From assembly GCA_000388065.2 (NCBI GenBank), contig KB932201.1: 31,225 bases of DNA; one strand, 5' to 3'. The DNA is from Fonticula alba ATCC 38817. Its lineage: Eukaryota > Protista > Nucleariida. Every line of letters starts with the position of its first letter. The stretch's first letter is position 1. A model generated the notes under the pieces. It searched no databases. It saw nothing but the letters and a program-made list of their open reading frames with translations, and had not been told where the DNA came from. Of this stretch, positions 1 through 11,583 are shown in pieces. The translations under genes and the position numbers were made by a program.

Positions 1-700
1 GGGGGGGGGGCGGGGCCGGTGGGAAGACACTCCCCAGGACCGGTCTTGTGCGGCCGCCTTTGCTCTGTTCATATGCCGCGCGGCGGCCAATGCCGGTGGA
101 ATGTCTTGGCAGTATCACTTGCACTGGTGCATACCCATCCTCCAGCCGACTCTTGACCAGGGCCAGGTGGTGCTCTCCCCCCCCCCCCCTCCTCCCCGCC
201 CCCGTGTGCTATACCATATTGCCGAAGGGATGCATCCACTCGCCGATGGGCTTGTCAGGGGCTCGGGGGGGTTGCGGCAGTGTACTTCCCATGTTCTCCC
301 TGGCGCGTTCCCATCCACTCGCTTGTGGGGGACACTTTCTTCTCGCGCCCGCGCGTCCGGCCGATGGGGTTTGGTGAGAGATGCTCCGCCGGGGAGATGG
401 TTGCCATTTCCTCGGGGTCCGACTGGGACGGTGTCCCGCGTGAGATTGCTCGCACGCGCCCCACCGGCGGCGCTTTTTCCGATTGCACAGGGGCCTCGGC
501 CCCTCCGCCAAGGGCCCAGCAACAGGCTCCTCGCCTGATCTCCCTCCCCTCTTCCTCCGATTCGCGTATTGCCATCTTCCTCGCTTTCCTCTTTTCCCCG
601 GTTTGNNNNNNNNNNNNNNNNNNNNNNNNNNNNNNNNNNNNNNNNNNNNNNGCCGCCGCCGCCGCCGCCGGCGCGCCTGGACGTGGTCTCCCATCGTGTG

Positions 701-2273
701 ATGACCGCCAGGGCGTGCACCCCCTCCCAGGGTCGGTGCTTGTCCTCGCTGGTGTCGCTTTCGCTGCTGGCATGCCTTCTGCTGCTGGCCCACGTGCAAG
801 ATGTCGCCAGGGGTGTGGCTCCCCCGGCCCCCGGCGCCGCGTCACCCGCCGGATTGACCGAGCCACCAGGGCTAGCGGCCACGACGCTGGCCTTTCGCCT
901 GGTGACCCGGGTGGCGCATCCTGACGCGGTAAGCCCCAGCGACCGAGCGAACATCCAATTCTGCGACTTCTTCAACGCCCAATCGCTCCAGCCCTTCACG
1001 GGAGATGGCTTCGATGACCTGGCTTACATGTCCAGCTTCTACAGTCTGGCCACATCGCCCCTGGCCCGGGCCGGGCTGCCATCCTCCCGGCCTCGGGAGT
1101 TTCTCCCCGGGCCCCCCCTTCGCACCCACCGGTGCTTCTCCTACCCCTTCGCCCGGAAGCCGCTCAGCCCCTTCTGCCAAATTCTTGATGTCATCTCGCC
1201 CGAGCTGTCCTACATCCAGGAAATCTTCTCCGTCGGCAACCAGGCCATCTACCATGCCGAGGGCTTCATGCAATCGGGTGCCACACTGTTCGACCCCGCA
1301 TCCGTGGTTGTCGGGACTTCGCTCGCGGGCAGCAGCTTTCTATTGCAGCCGGATTCGCTGTGGTCCAAATTGCAATTCAACTTCTTCGATGACGTCGGCT
1401 CTTCAACGCACTCCCTGATGCAAGGCTTCCGGGGGTTTGAATTCCTCCAAGCCACGGACCTCGATGGGGATGGCCTGGTCGATGCGGTCACCGTCGCCTC
1501 GCCCCCGGGGGCTGTTCTCCCAGCCGGCCGGGGGATCTATTGGCTAAACCGCCTCGGCGAGGCGGCCCTCACCCCGGACAGCCCGGCCGATGTGAGCCTC
1601 CTGCTGCCGTTGCCGGTCGACATGGAGGTGGGCCAGCTTTTGGTGGGGGACTTCGATGGGGATGGGCTTGCGTCCGATTTGGTGGTGGTCTCCGGGGCCC
1701 GGTCCACTGGGCCGGCCCGCATCATCATCCTCTTGACCTCGGACCTGTCGGCCCCGGTGACCATTTCACTGTCGGAGATGGCCACCAATGACCCCGCCCT
1801 GGCGGCGGTGCCCCAGAACCAGCACTATCCCAAGGCCGCGGCCGCGCGGCTGACCACCCCGGCGGCCGATGATCTGGTAGTGGCCTTCGGCTCGCGCGTG
1901 TGGCTCATCCCCGGGCCCCTGCATCCCGCGAGCACCTCGACAGCGCGTCAGCTCAGCACCCTCGGGGCGACCCCGCTGTTGCCCGATCACCCCTCCTCTT
2001 CGGGGGTCTGGCGTTCAGTGGCCTTCGGGGATTTCGACGCCGATGGGCGTCTGGACATGGCCCTGGCACACTCGACCACTGGCGGGGACATTTTCCTGCT
2101 CAGCCAGGTGGATGCCACCCCGGCGTGCTTGTGTGGCCCTGGGGGCATCTGCCTGCCCGGCGCCGGTGGCTTCTACTCGGTGCCCACTTGCGGCTGTGAG
2201 GACCCGAACGCCGACCCGGACTTCAAGCTCGCCCCCTGCGAGTTCTGCCGGCCGGGCTTCTTCCGAACCGATG
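701..2273 (+). CDS. Paralog 1 exon 1: signal peptide, ectodomain module A (three DxDxDG motifs) and EGF-like Cys linker
   Basis: Motifs DLDGDG (~1457), DFDGDG (~1649), DFDADG (~2030); donor G|GTGCGC at 2274 matches the paralog 2 donor position. Confidence 0.85.
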
Positions 2274-4159
2274 GTGCGCATGGCAGCGACATTGTCCTTT
2301 TCTTCTCTGTGTCCTTCTCTGTGTCCTCTCTCTCTCTCTCTCTCTTTGTTTCTCCCCCCTCCCCCCCTCTCCCCCTCCCCCTCCCCCTCTCTCTCGCCCG
2401 ATGTGCCATTCGATCACTGACATCGACCTGGGTGACAGAGAAATCGCCCTGCCAGCTGTGCCATGGCAACTGTAATACCTGTTCCGGCACTCAGGAAAGC
2501 GACTGCCTGAGCTGCCCGGCCCGGTTCATTCTGGTCGTGGAACGGCCGCCGACTGGCCGTTGTGTGCCGGCCGACCCGAGCACCACAGTGACGCTCCTCC
2601 GGCCGGCCCCCGAGCGGCCCTATTATCAAGCCGGCTCGGAAATCGCCCTGGACTCAGCGCCGATGTCGGCAGCTCCCATCCTGGTGGCCGATCTTCTCCG
2701 GCGCACGGTTTCCGTGCCCGAGACTCGGATGATGCACACCTACTCCACCTCGCCCACTGTGTCCCATTCTTTGGAGGCCATCAGCACCGTTAATCGAATC
2801 CTCCTCCTTCAAGAAGACATCCACGGGGCCGGCTTGATCTTGCATCGCGAGCTGACCCCCGAGGTCCGGTCGGCTCATGTTCCCTCGGCCGAGGGGTTGC
2901 ACCGGGTCCTCATCGGGTATGGGTCGTTTGCCATGTGCGCGGACAATCCCCCCAGTATTCCGAAGGGCCTGTGCTCGCGATTCAACACCTATCCCTTGTC
3001 TGGCTCGGCGGATCTGAGCCTCGGCCGGCTGGCACCCGGGCTCCAGGCGGGCGATTCGCCCCGATTGGGGATCCTGTCGAGGGATCGCTTTGGCACTCGG
3101 CCCCTGGCCAAAACCCATGTGTTCAGCTCGCTCTGGCTGGATGCCGACAATGGCATGGGGTTGGATTCGCCGGTGGTGCTTCATTCGGCCGGGATTTCCG
3201 GCCAAAGCCTCTGCTGGCTTGGCTGGCAGCCACGTCTGGCCAATGATCTGGTAATCACGGTCCCAATCGTGGATCCTGTGCGCATCCTCGACGAGCCCAT
3301 GCCCTGTGGGAAGTTGCTGAGATTGCCGCCCCCCATGCCTGGCAGCCGGTCATCCCTGCTGCTGGTCAGCGGGAGCCCCGACAGCGGGGAGGCAGTCCTG
3401 TATCTCCTGCGAAATCGTGGCCGGGGGCAGGACTTCCGCCCGCGCTTTGAGGCTCCACTCCCGCTGCTGACGGCCGCCGACCTCGGCTACCTCCCCGGGA
3501 CCAGGCTCGTCGGTGTGCAGGCGGCCATCGATCCCAAGGCTCTGACCCCCACCGAGGCCGGGCTCTTCCTTTGGGAGGGGACATGGGTCTTCCGGGTGAC
3601 CGTCAGCCAGGACGTGTCCCCGGGGGCCGGGCAGCCGGATCGGGTCACGGTGTCCGTGGAGCCGGTCATCCCGCGCGACAGTTTCAGCTCCTTCACCGAG
3701 GGGTTGATCATGTTGTCGATAGATGCCGATGGTGATGGCGCCGGGGACCTGGCCCTTTTGAGCTCCAAGTCCCAGAAGCTTGTCCTCTTCCGCCGGGCAT
3801 CCGAGCGCAATGGCTGCGGCTGCGGCCGGGCCAGCGTTTGCAACATCCCCAGCACCTGGGGCGAACACCATTGTGATGCCACCGACGCCCCCCCCTCGTG
3901 CCTTCCCCAGCACACATCTCTCCGTGTCCCGGATCTTTGCACATGTGCGCCAGGTCTGCGTTCCCCGGCCGACGGGTCCAGCTTATGCAGTCAGTGTGAC
4001 TCTTCGACTGGGGACTTCCCCCCGGAGTTCGGTGGTGCGTGCAAGCTATCCCTGTTGTCTCTCTCTCTCTCTCTCTCTCCATCTCTCTTTCTCTCTCTCC
4101 CTCTCTCTTTCTCCCTCTCCCTCTCTCTCTCTCCCTCTCTCTCTCGCTCTCCCTCTCCC

Positions 4160-4193
<34 letters not shown>

Positions 4194-4236
4194 CATCTCT
4201 CTCTCTCTCTCTCTCCCTCTCCATCTCTCTCTCTCT

Positions 4237-4279
<43 letters not shown>

Positions 4280-7200
4280 TCTCCCTCTCCCTCTCCCTCT
4301 CTCTCCCTGCTCTGTTGCACTGGCCTTCGTCTGACCCTCTTGCTGTCCTTCAGTTGATTGTGCCCCGTGCGATGTGGATGGCTGCATGCTGTGCGACACA
4401 TCCGGCCAGTGCCTGCGTTGCCGGCCGGGGCTGGTCCGCACGCCGGCTGGCGAGTGCGCCACCAACTGCCCGGACCCGGATGCCCCGGTGGTGGATGCCG
4501 TGTGCCAGACCCCGGAGCCCGCTGACACATGGATCAGCTCGGCCGAAGTCCAGGCCGACCCTTCGTGGGCCGGGTTCCGGGTGGTGGATGTGTCAACCCT
4601 GCGCGCGGTGGCCCAGGACGGCGCGGTGGAGGGGTCGCGTGCTGTGTCGACCACCTTCCCCACGCTGCATGTCCTGCAGCCGGAGTACCCGCATTTTGGC
4701 ACTTCGCAGAGTGTGTGGCTGCTTCCCCTGGCGCGTCTGCTTGCCGACGGTCGGCCGGCCACCTTCGGCCGTCTGGATCTGGTCAGTGCCTCCCAGTGGC
4801 TGGACGACGTATGCACCTTGGTGGCGAGTCCCGACGTGCAGTTGGCCGCCATCCAGCAGGATGCCGCTGGGGAGGATGAAACCCGGCCGCTGACGGCCCT
4901 TTCGGCCTCGGTGCTGCAGTCGAACCTCGGCGCCCTTCCGGGCGGCCAGAATGGGGACTTCGCAGCCGCCGGTGTGCCTGCCCCTTCCGGAAACGTCAAG
5001 CGCATTGGCATTGAACTTGTCGACCGGTCGATTCTCAACAAGCAGTACCTGCCCATCCGCCGGCCCTGGTTCTCGCAGCTGAGCCAGCCCTTCCCCTCGG
5101 CCGGCCTGGAGCCGGTGCCGACGATGACGCCCGACTCGCCGGTGCTTCACTTCCAACGGTCGATGGACTTCTTTTACGAGGTGATCGAGATGCACCCCAA
5201 CCCTCTGCAGGGATTTGACCCGCCGCCAGTGCTTCCGTCAGACTTCCGGACCTGCTCCATGAGCTGGGACCTGCTGCCGGCAAAGACCCGACTCACGGTC
5301 AAAGGGTCGCCGGAGCTGGCCAACATGTCTGGCAAGGCGACATGCACCATCCAGCGCGTGTGGGTTCCTTTCTCGGTGTCCGAGCTGTCCTTCCACCCGC
5401 GCCTGCCCGGGTGGTTCATCACTCATGATGCGCACATGATGCTTCGTCGTCCCACAACCCCGGGAGCCCGGCCGAGCGTGGTCATCCTGCTGTTTGTGAA
5501 GAAACAGCCCCCCGGGGTGACTGGGTGCCCTTTCCAGCTGCTGGAAGTGCCCCTGACTGCTGGGGCTTCCAGTTTGCCGGTATTCCGGTCGATCCAATCG
5601 TTCCTCACCATCTCGCCGGTTCTCTTCTTCGTGCGGGTCCCCTCGGTGCGGGACTTCAATCCGGATGCCTCGGCCTCCGGGCCGGGGGTTGTCGCGGTTG
5701 CCGGGCCCAACATGGTCAGCAACTCCCTCGCCGTGGCCCTGTCCCCGAATGAGCCCGCTGAGGTGGACCTGCAAATGGTTTCACTCAATCTGAGTGAAAA
5801 TGTCTTGCACATGGTCTTCGTCCGGACTGACGGCCTGCCCGACAGCATCATGGCCCTGCCATACCCCTGCTTGGCGCTGAAGCACGCCGACTGGAAGGAT
5901 GCTGCCCCGGGACATGGCTCGCCCGATCGAATGTGGCCCACCGATCGGCCGACCTATGGCTGCGCTCCGCTTTTGCTGGAAACCCGGGCCCTGGTCAGCG
6001 GCGGCCCCCATGGCCGGCCAGTGGTCCTGGCAAAGGACATGGACAGCGACGGGATGGACGATTTGCTGCTCCATTGGCCAGCCACTGGCCGAGTGGTGGT
6101 GTACTCCACACTGAACACGGTCCCCGTGACCTTCCGCCAGTCGATCATCTTCCCCGGGCAGGTGCCCGAATCTCCGTCGACCGCTGCCATGCAGTCGGTC
6201 GAGTACCCGGCGCTGGCCGATCCGCAGCTGCTGCTGGTGGATGTCGATGGCGATCGATTTGTGGATGTGGTCCTGCTGGACCAGGCGTCGCCCTCTGGGA
6301 CGCTTTCCGCCTCCAGCGCCCCGGTCCCGGTGATCCGGGTGTTCGGCCGGTCGGACCAGACCAGCAACTGGTGCCCGGCCGAGGTGGACTATGACCCGGT
6401 AGCCGGCGAGTGTGTCTGCCCCGGGCGTTTGCGGCACCTGACCCCCCTGTCGGATGCGTGCGAGTGCATCACGCACGCGGTGCCGGTGGCCCCGGGCGCG
6501 CCGGATTGCGTCTGCCCGGTGGGCATGGCCGAGGGGGTGGGGGCGTGTGTCTGCCAGCCGGGGCTGCTGCCGGTGGCGAGCGAGTCCACCGGGGCGCCGG
6601 TGTCTCCGCCCCGCTGCGAGACCTGCCATGCCAGCTGTGCCAGCTGCTCGGCCACGCGCTCCGGCCTGTGCGCCAGCTGCCCCCCGGGGCACTTCCTCCA
6701 GGCCGGCGTGTGTGTGACGGCCTGCGGGCCGGGGTTCACCATTTCGGCCGACGGCCGGGAGTGTATCGCCTGCGCGGCCTCCTGCTCGACCTGCCTGGGC
6801 CCGGCGTCCAACCAGTGCTCGGCGTGTGCCGGCAACCGGTACCTGCCCGGCGGCATGCCAGGCACGTGCCGGTCCTGCAATGCGGCCTGCTCCGGGTGCA
6901 CCGGCCCGGCGGCCTCCCAGTGCACGGTCTGTGCGACGGGCTGGCTGCGCGCGCCCTCGGGCGAGTGTGTGCGCACCTGTCCCGAGGGGACCGGGATTTC
7001 GTCTCCCGGGTCCAGCCAGTGCAAGGCCTGCGCCGATGCCGGATGTCTCTCCTGTGTGACGGCCCAGGCCGGGGCCATTTGCCGGGCCTGCCGAACGGGC
7101 CTGCAGATTGACGCCACCGGCAAGCAGTGTCTCCAGTGCCATGGGACCTGCGCCACGTGCGATGGCAACGGCCTGGCCAACTGCCTAACCTGCGCTCCGG

Positions 7201-10200
7201 GGCTTCTGCTCCATGGGTCTTCCTGTGTGGCCTCCTGCCCGGAGGGCACCTTCCCCGAGGCGGGGGCAGCCTGCTCGCGCTGCTCGGGACGCTGTGCCAC
7301 CTGTAGTGGCCCCCTGTCGACCCACTGCCTGACCTGCCCCCCGGAGTGGGTTCTTCAGGAGGATGGCACCTGCCTGCCGGATCCCTGTCCGACATGCGGC
7401 GACTGCGATGACATCGATTGCGAATCATGCAGCCCCGCCAACCCGGGCGTGTGCCTCATCTGCGCGGCCGGCAAGCTGCTGCTCCCGGATGGCACCTGCG
7501 TGGATGCCTGCCCCTCGGGCATGTACATGGCTCCCAGCGGGGACGCCTGCCTCCCCTGCCATGGGNNNNNNNNNNNNNNNNNNNNNNNNNNNNNNNNNNN
7601 NNNNNNNNNNNNNNNNNNNNNNNNNNNNNNNNNNNNNNNNNNNNNNNNNNNNNNNNNNNNNNNNNNNNNNNNNNNNNNNNNNNNNNNNNNNNNNNNNNNN
7701 NNNNNNNNNNNNNNNNNNNNNNNNNNNNNNNNNNNNNNNNNNNNNNNNNNNNNNNNNNNNNNNNNNNNNNNNNNNNNNNNNNNNNNNNNNNNNNNNNNNN
7801 NNNNNNNNNNNNNNNNNNNNNNNNNNNNNNNNNNNNNNNNNNNNNNNNNNNNNNNNNNNNNNNNNNNNNNNNNNNNNNNNNNNNNNNNNNNNNNNNNNNN
7901 NNNNNNNNNNNNNNNNNNNNNNNNNNNNNNNNNNNNNNNNNNNNNNNNNNNNNNNNNNNNNNNNNNNNNNNNNNNNNNNNNNNNNNNNNNNNNNNNNNNN
8001 NNNNNNNNNNNNNNNNNNNNNNNNNNNNNNNNNNNNNNNNNNNNNNNNNNNNNNNNNNNNNNNNNNNNNNGCTGCCGGCAGTGCCAGGACTCGCCGGGCT
8101 TCTGCACCCAGTGCCCGGCGGGCAAGCTCCTCGGCACAACGCCGGGCACGTGTGTGGACCGGTGCGGCGACCGGGAGTTCGCCGATCTGACCACTCCCTC
8201 GATGGCTCGCTGCGCGGCCTGCCACAACAGCTGCGCCTCCTGTGAGGGCGGCGCCAAGCCCGAGGACTGTACTGCCTGCTCGCCGGGCCTCTTCCTGCTG
8301 GCGGGCGTGGGCTGCGTGGGCGCCTGCCCGAGCGGGTACTTCGTTGAGGAGGGCCCGCTGGCCGGCTCCCAGGCATGCGCGCCCTGCGTGGCAGAGTGCG
8401 CCGAATGCACCGGGGCCGATGCCGGCCACTGCACGCGCTGCATGGATGATCGTCTGCTGATGGTGGGCTCCGGCTACTGCCGGCCCGTGGGCGAGGACAC
8501 CTGCCCGGCCGGGTGGCACGCGGATCTCCCCGGCCGGCGGTGTCTCCGTTGCCCGGATGGGTGCCTCGCGTGCCCGGCCTCGGTGGAGGACTGCGAGCAG
8601 TGCAGTGCCGACATGCGCTCGATCCGGCTGCTGGACCGCGAGGCGACGGACGCGGCGCCGGTCGGCTCCGGGCCGCGCACCTGCGTGGCCATGTGCCCTG
8701 GTGGGTGGTTCGCTCCCGAGGGCCAGGCTGACGTATGCTCGGCTTGCGACATGGCGTGTGGCACGTGCTCCGGCCCCGGGCCGGACGGGTGCCTGGAGCC
8801 GAATTGCGACCAGCCCGGCAGTTGCCCTAAGACGGGTATGTTTGTCGCCCTTATTTTCCTCCCCCCCCCCCGTGACGTATCATGTTGCGTTTGACTGACG
8901 ACCCCCCCCCCCTCCCCAGGCTCCCGCTCACTCGCACTGGCCATTGCCTTGCCGTTGGCGCTGCTCCTCCTGCTGCTGCTCATTTTGCTCCTGGTTCTTG
9001 TTCTTCTGCGGCGCCGGCGGCGCCACGCTGGCGCCAAGGAGGGCGACGCCATCCCAATGCAGTACATTGGCGATCCGGTGCGGTCTCGCTTGCTCGCTTC
9101 CACTCGTTTTGCCCTGATGCTGACCTCCCCTCCTCCCCTCCCTTCCCAATGCACGCGCCGCCTCGCAGGAGGACATGACCGTGATGAACACCATGCTCGG
9201 TACGATGGCAACAGCCCCCCGCCCGCCCTCCGGGCTCGGCCACATGCATATGCTCTCCTGTCGGCCTCCACTGACATCCCCCCCCCCCCAATTAGAACTG
9301 TCTCTCCCGGGACACTTGCTTCTCAACCCCGAGGTGGACTACCGCATTGAGCCCGGCTGCGAGGAGCTCGGCAAAGGCGCTCAAGCGGTGGTCCTGCCGT
9401 GCACATTGCTACGTGCGGACCTTTGTACGGCGGCCGGCGGCGATGCCGGTGCTGTGAAGATGGTTCCAACCGGTGCGCATGCCCTCACAGCGCTCGGATT
9501 TCCGATCCCCCTGCTGACCCCCACATGCCTGGTAGACTCGCCCTTCCGCACGCAATTCGAGCCGCTGCTCGACCAAGAAATTGCCATCCTCAGCATCCTG
9601 CTGGCCGACGGGGGGTCGCCATTTGTGTGCCAGCTGGTTGGCTACTCGGCTGCCCCGAGCAAGGCCCTGGTGATGCCCCACTACCCGGGGCTCCTGTCGG
9701 ACCTGCTTTGGCCCTCTCGCTTGAGCCCGGCGCAGACCCTGCAAATGGCCGCCGACATTGGTGCGCATGTGACCCTGCGTGCCTGACATCCCCCCCCCCC
9801 CTGCCCCCTGTGGCACGGTGCACTGACCGACTACCTCCCCGCGCGCAGCGGCCGGCATGGCGTTCATCCACTCGCGCGGCGTGGTGCACAAGGACCTGAA
9901 GCCGGAGAACATCTTCCTCCGGCCGGATCCGGCGGACCCCGGCCGCCTGCAGCCGGTCATCGGGGACTTTGGCGTGGCGCTGGTTCTCAACCGGTTCTCC
10001 GTCATCCCGACGCTGGGTAATGTGGCGGCCGGCAGCTTGCCATACGCCTCGCCGGAGACGCTGGCCCGGCTGTACGGCATGACCTTCCCGCTGGCGCCAT
10101 CCGACAGCAGCGTGGTCTCCCTGCTGAAGGTGGACATCTACTCGCTCGGTGTGCTGCTCTTCGGCTTGGTGGCGGCGGCGCGCCCCTGGACCGGTACGCT

Positions 10201-10218
10201 TTCCCCGCCTCTCTCCCT

Positions 10219-10255
<37 letters not shown>

Positions 10256-10559
10256 GCTCTTTCTCCTGCTTCATTCAGGGGCTTATCGTGACTGACGTGA
10301 CCATCTAGGCACTGGTTCGGATGATGTTGCCACTGCGGTGCTGGCCGGCAAGCGGCCGGACATGAATCCCTCTTCTGGAACCCCGGTCCCGGTGTTGGTG
10401 GGCGACACGGGCAGCGAGCCGGCCTGGATGGCGGAGTATCGTCAGATCTACCGCGAGGCATGGGCGGCCGATCCTCGCGAACGCCCGTCGGCGGCCAAGC
10501 TGGCGGCCACGTTGATTGATCTCGCTGAGAGAGAGTCTCCTGCGGTCAGTCCATCATAG
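701..10559 (+). CDS. Giant single-pass receptor-like Ser/Thr (TKL-type) kinase with FG-GAP/VCBS-like DxDxDG modules and furin-like Cys-rich repeats (paralog 1); exons 701-2273, 2439-4034, 4354-8835, 8920-9077, 9169-9199, 9296-9472, 9536-9760, 9849-10193, 10309-10559
   Basis: All 8 introns are GT..AG with a CTGAC-type branch point, and splice phases join into one frame (~2,950 aa including the N-gap 7566-8070). Signal peptide (MTARAC...LLACLLLLAHV), six DxDxDG motifs, ~12 visible CxxxCxxC furin-like units, TM LALAIALPLALLLLLLILLLVLVLL followed by RRRRR, kinase motifs GKGAQA, AVK, alphaC E, HKDLKPEN, DFG, SPE, DIYSLG; stop TAG 10557-10559. Confidence 0.9.
2439..4034 (+). CDS. Paralog 1 exon 2: furin-like repeat, module B (DADGDG) and Cys linker
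   Basis: Acceptor CAG 2436-2438 after a CTGAC branch; donor GTGCGT at 4035; colinear with paralog 2 exon 2. Confidence 0.85.
4057..4305. repeat. (CT)n/(CCT)n microsatellite inside intron 2 of paralog 1
   Basis: About 250 bp of almost pure C/T low-complexity repeat; source of the spurious SL- and ER-rich ORFs. Confidence 0.95.
4354..8835 (+). CDS. Paralog 1 exon 3: module C (DMDSDG, DVDGDR) and long furin-like Cys-rich stalk, interrupted by N-gap 7566-8070
   Basis: Open frame from acceptor CAG 4351-4353 to donor GTATGT at 8836; dense CxxxCxxC..CxxC periodicity from ~6620. Confidence 0.85.
8920..10559 (+). CDS. Paralog 1 exons 4-9: transmembrane helix, juxtamembrane region and protein kinase domain
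   Basis: Hydrophobic ~25-mer plus RRRRR stop-transfer; spliced kinase has all catalytic motifs; the K..EN catalytic loop indicates Ser/Thr rather than Tyr specificity. Confidence 0.9.
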
Positions 10560-11539
10560 GCGAGTGCCTCCGGCTGACCTGCTTCCATCCTTTCCCGATA
10601 GATGTGTGACGCTTCCTCGTTCCCAGACTTGCATCATCATGCAAGCATCTTCCCGACGCGCTGACACAAAATAGACCATTCCACTTTGCAGTGTAAGGTG
10701 CTAGCTGGCGGAAGGCGGACAGGTGTGCAGGTGGGAAGTGGCAGAGCCGAGGTGCTGAAGGGGCGAAAGGCAATCTGTGAGAGTGTCCCCGGCATCGTGG
10801 CACAACTTTCGGCACAAGTGGCAAGACAAGGACAGCTGTCATGATGTGAGTTGGAAAGGGGAGGAGGGGGGGATAGAGAGAGAGGGGGAGAGGGGGGGGG
10901 GGGAGGGGGACAGAGAGAGCTTGGTGTCAGGCCCAGGAGCCAGATGCCTGTATGTCCGATCCCGAGGCACAAAAGGGGACGGGATGAATGGCAGCCTCGG
11001 CAACCCCCCGTCGAGGAGAACGGACACAGCCCTCCGACTGTGGACACCGAGGCAGGGCTGGGTTCCGGGATCTCGCCTGAGGGAATGCAGTCACATTGCG
11101 GACCATCGGCCCTCGGAGGTGATCACCAACAGGCCCGCCTCCCTCGCAGCACATTGCCCAGCGAAGCTTGCTTGAAAGATCCGCGTCTTGAGATGGTCCC
11201 CGACAGAGGCGAGTGCTCGGGGTATCGGCGGATTTGGTCCGGTCCCGCTTGTTGGGTGCCAGCCGGCGGTGGGGACATTCAGGCACATGCGCCTGAGTGG
11301 GCACACCCTTCAAGTAACATCCCACAAGGGGGCTGTGCACTTCACCCTCGTGGGCCACTGCTCCGAGGCCGAGCCAGTTCCGGAAAGTCCGAGCCAGCGT
11401 AATGGAGCTGGCCCTGGGGCGATTGTCTTCTTTCTTTCCGTTATCGAAGCCGCACCACACGGCTGTGGCACCCTCGGGGCGCGACAACCCCAGCAGATGG
11501 AAGTGCCTCTGACAAAAGAGTGCCACTGGCGGTGAACAG

Positions 11540-11583
<44 letters not shown>

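Noticed and set aside
20-480. Homology between the upstream regions of the two paralogs (AAGACACT-CCC at ~24 vs ~23214; TTGCCAT at ~401 vs ~23487)
   Set aside because: Matches are short and gapped in low-complexity GC-rich DNA; cannot be supported without an alignment.
3708-4893. ER-rich and SL-rich ORFs
   Set aside because: Translations of the intronic (CT)n microsatellite.
1457-6260. Calling the genes integrin alpha
   Set aside because: Only the DxDxDG motif is shared; no thigh/calf domains or GFFKR tail, and a kinase is present.
4593-8519. Numerous long antisense or alternative-frame ORFs over the receptor genes (also 25680-30663)
   Set aside because: Shadow ORFs of GC-rich coding sequence and N-gaps, with no recognisable motifs.
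9857-10193. Receptor tyrosine kinase call
   Set aside because: The catalytic loop is DLKPEN (Ser/Thr type), not DLAARN or DLRAAN.
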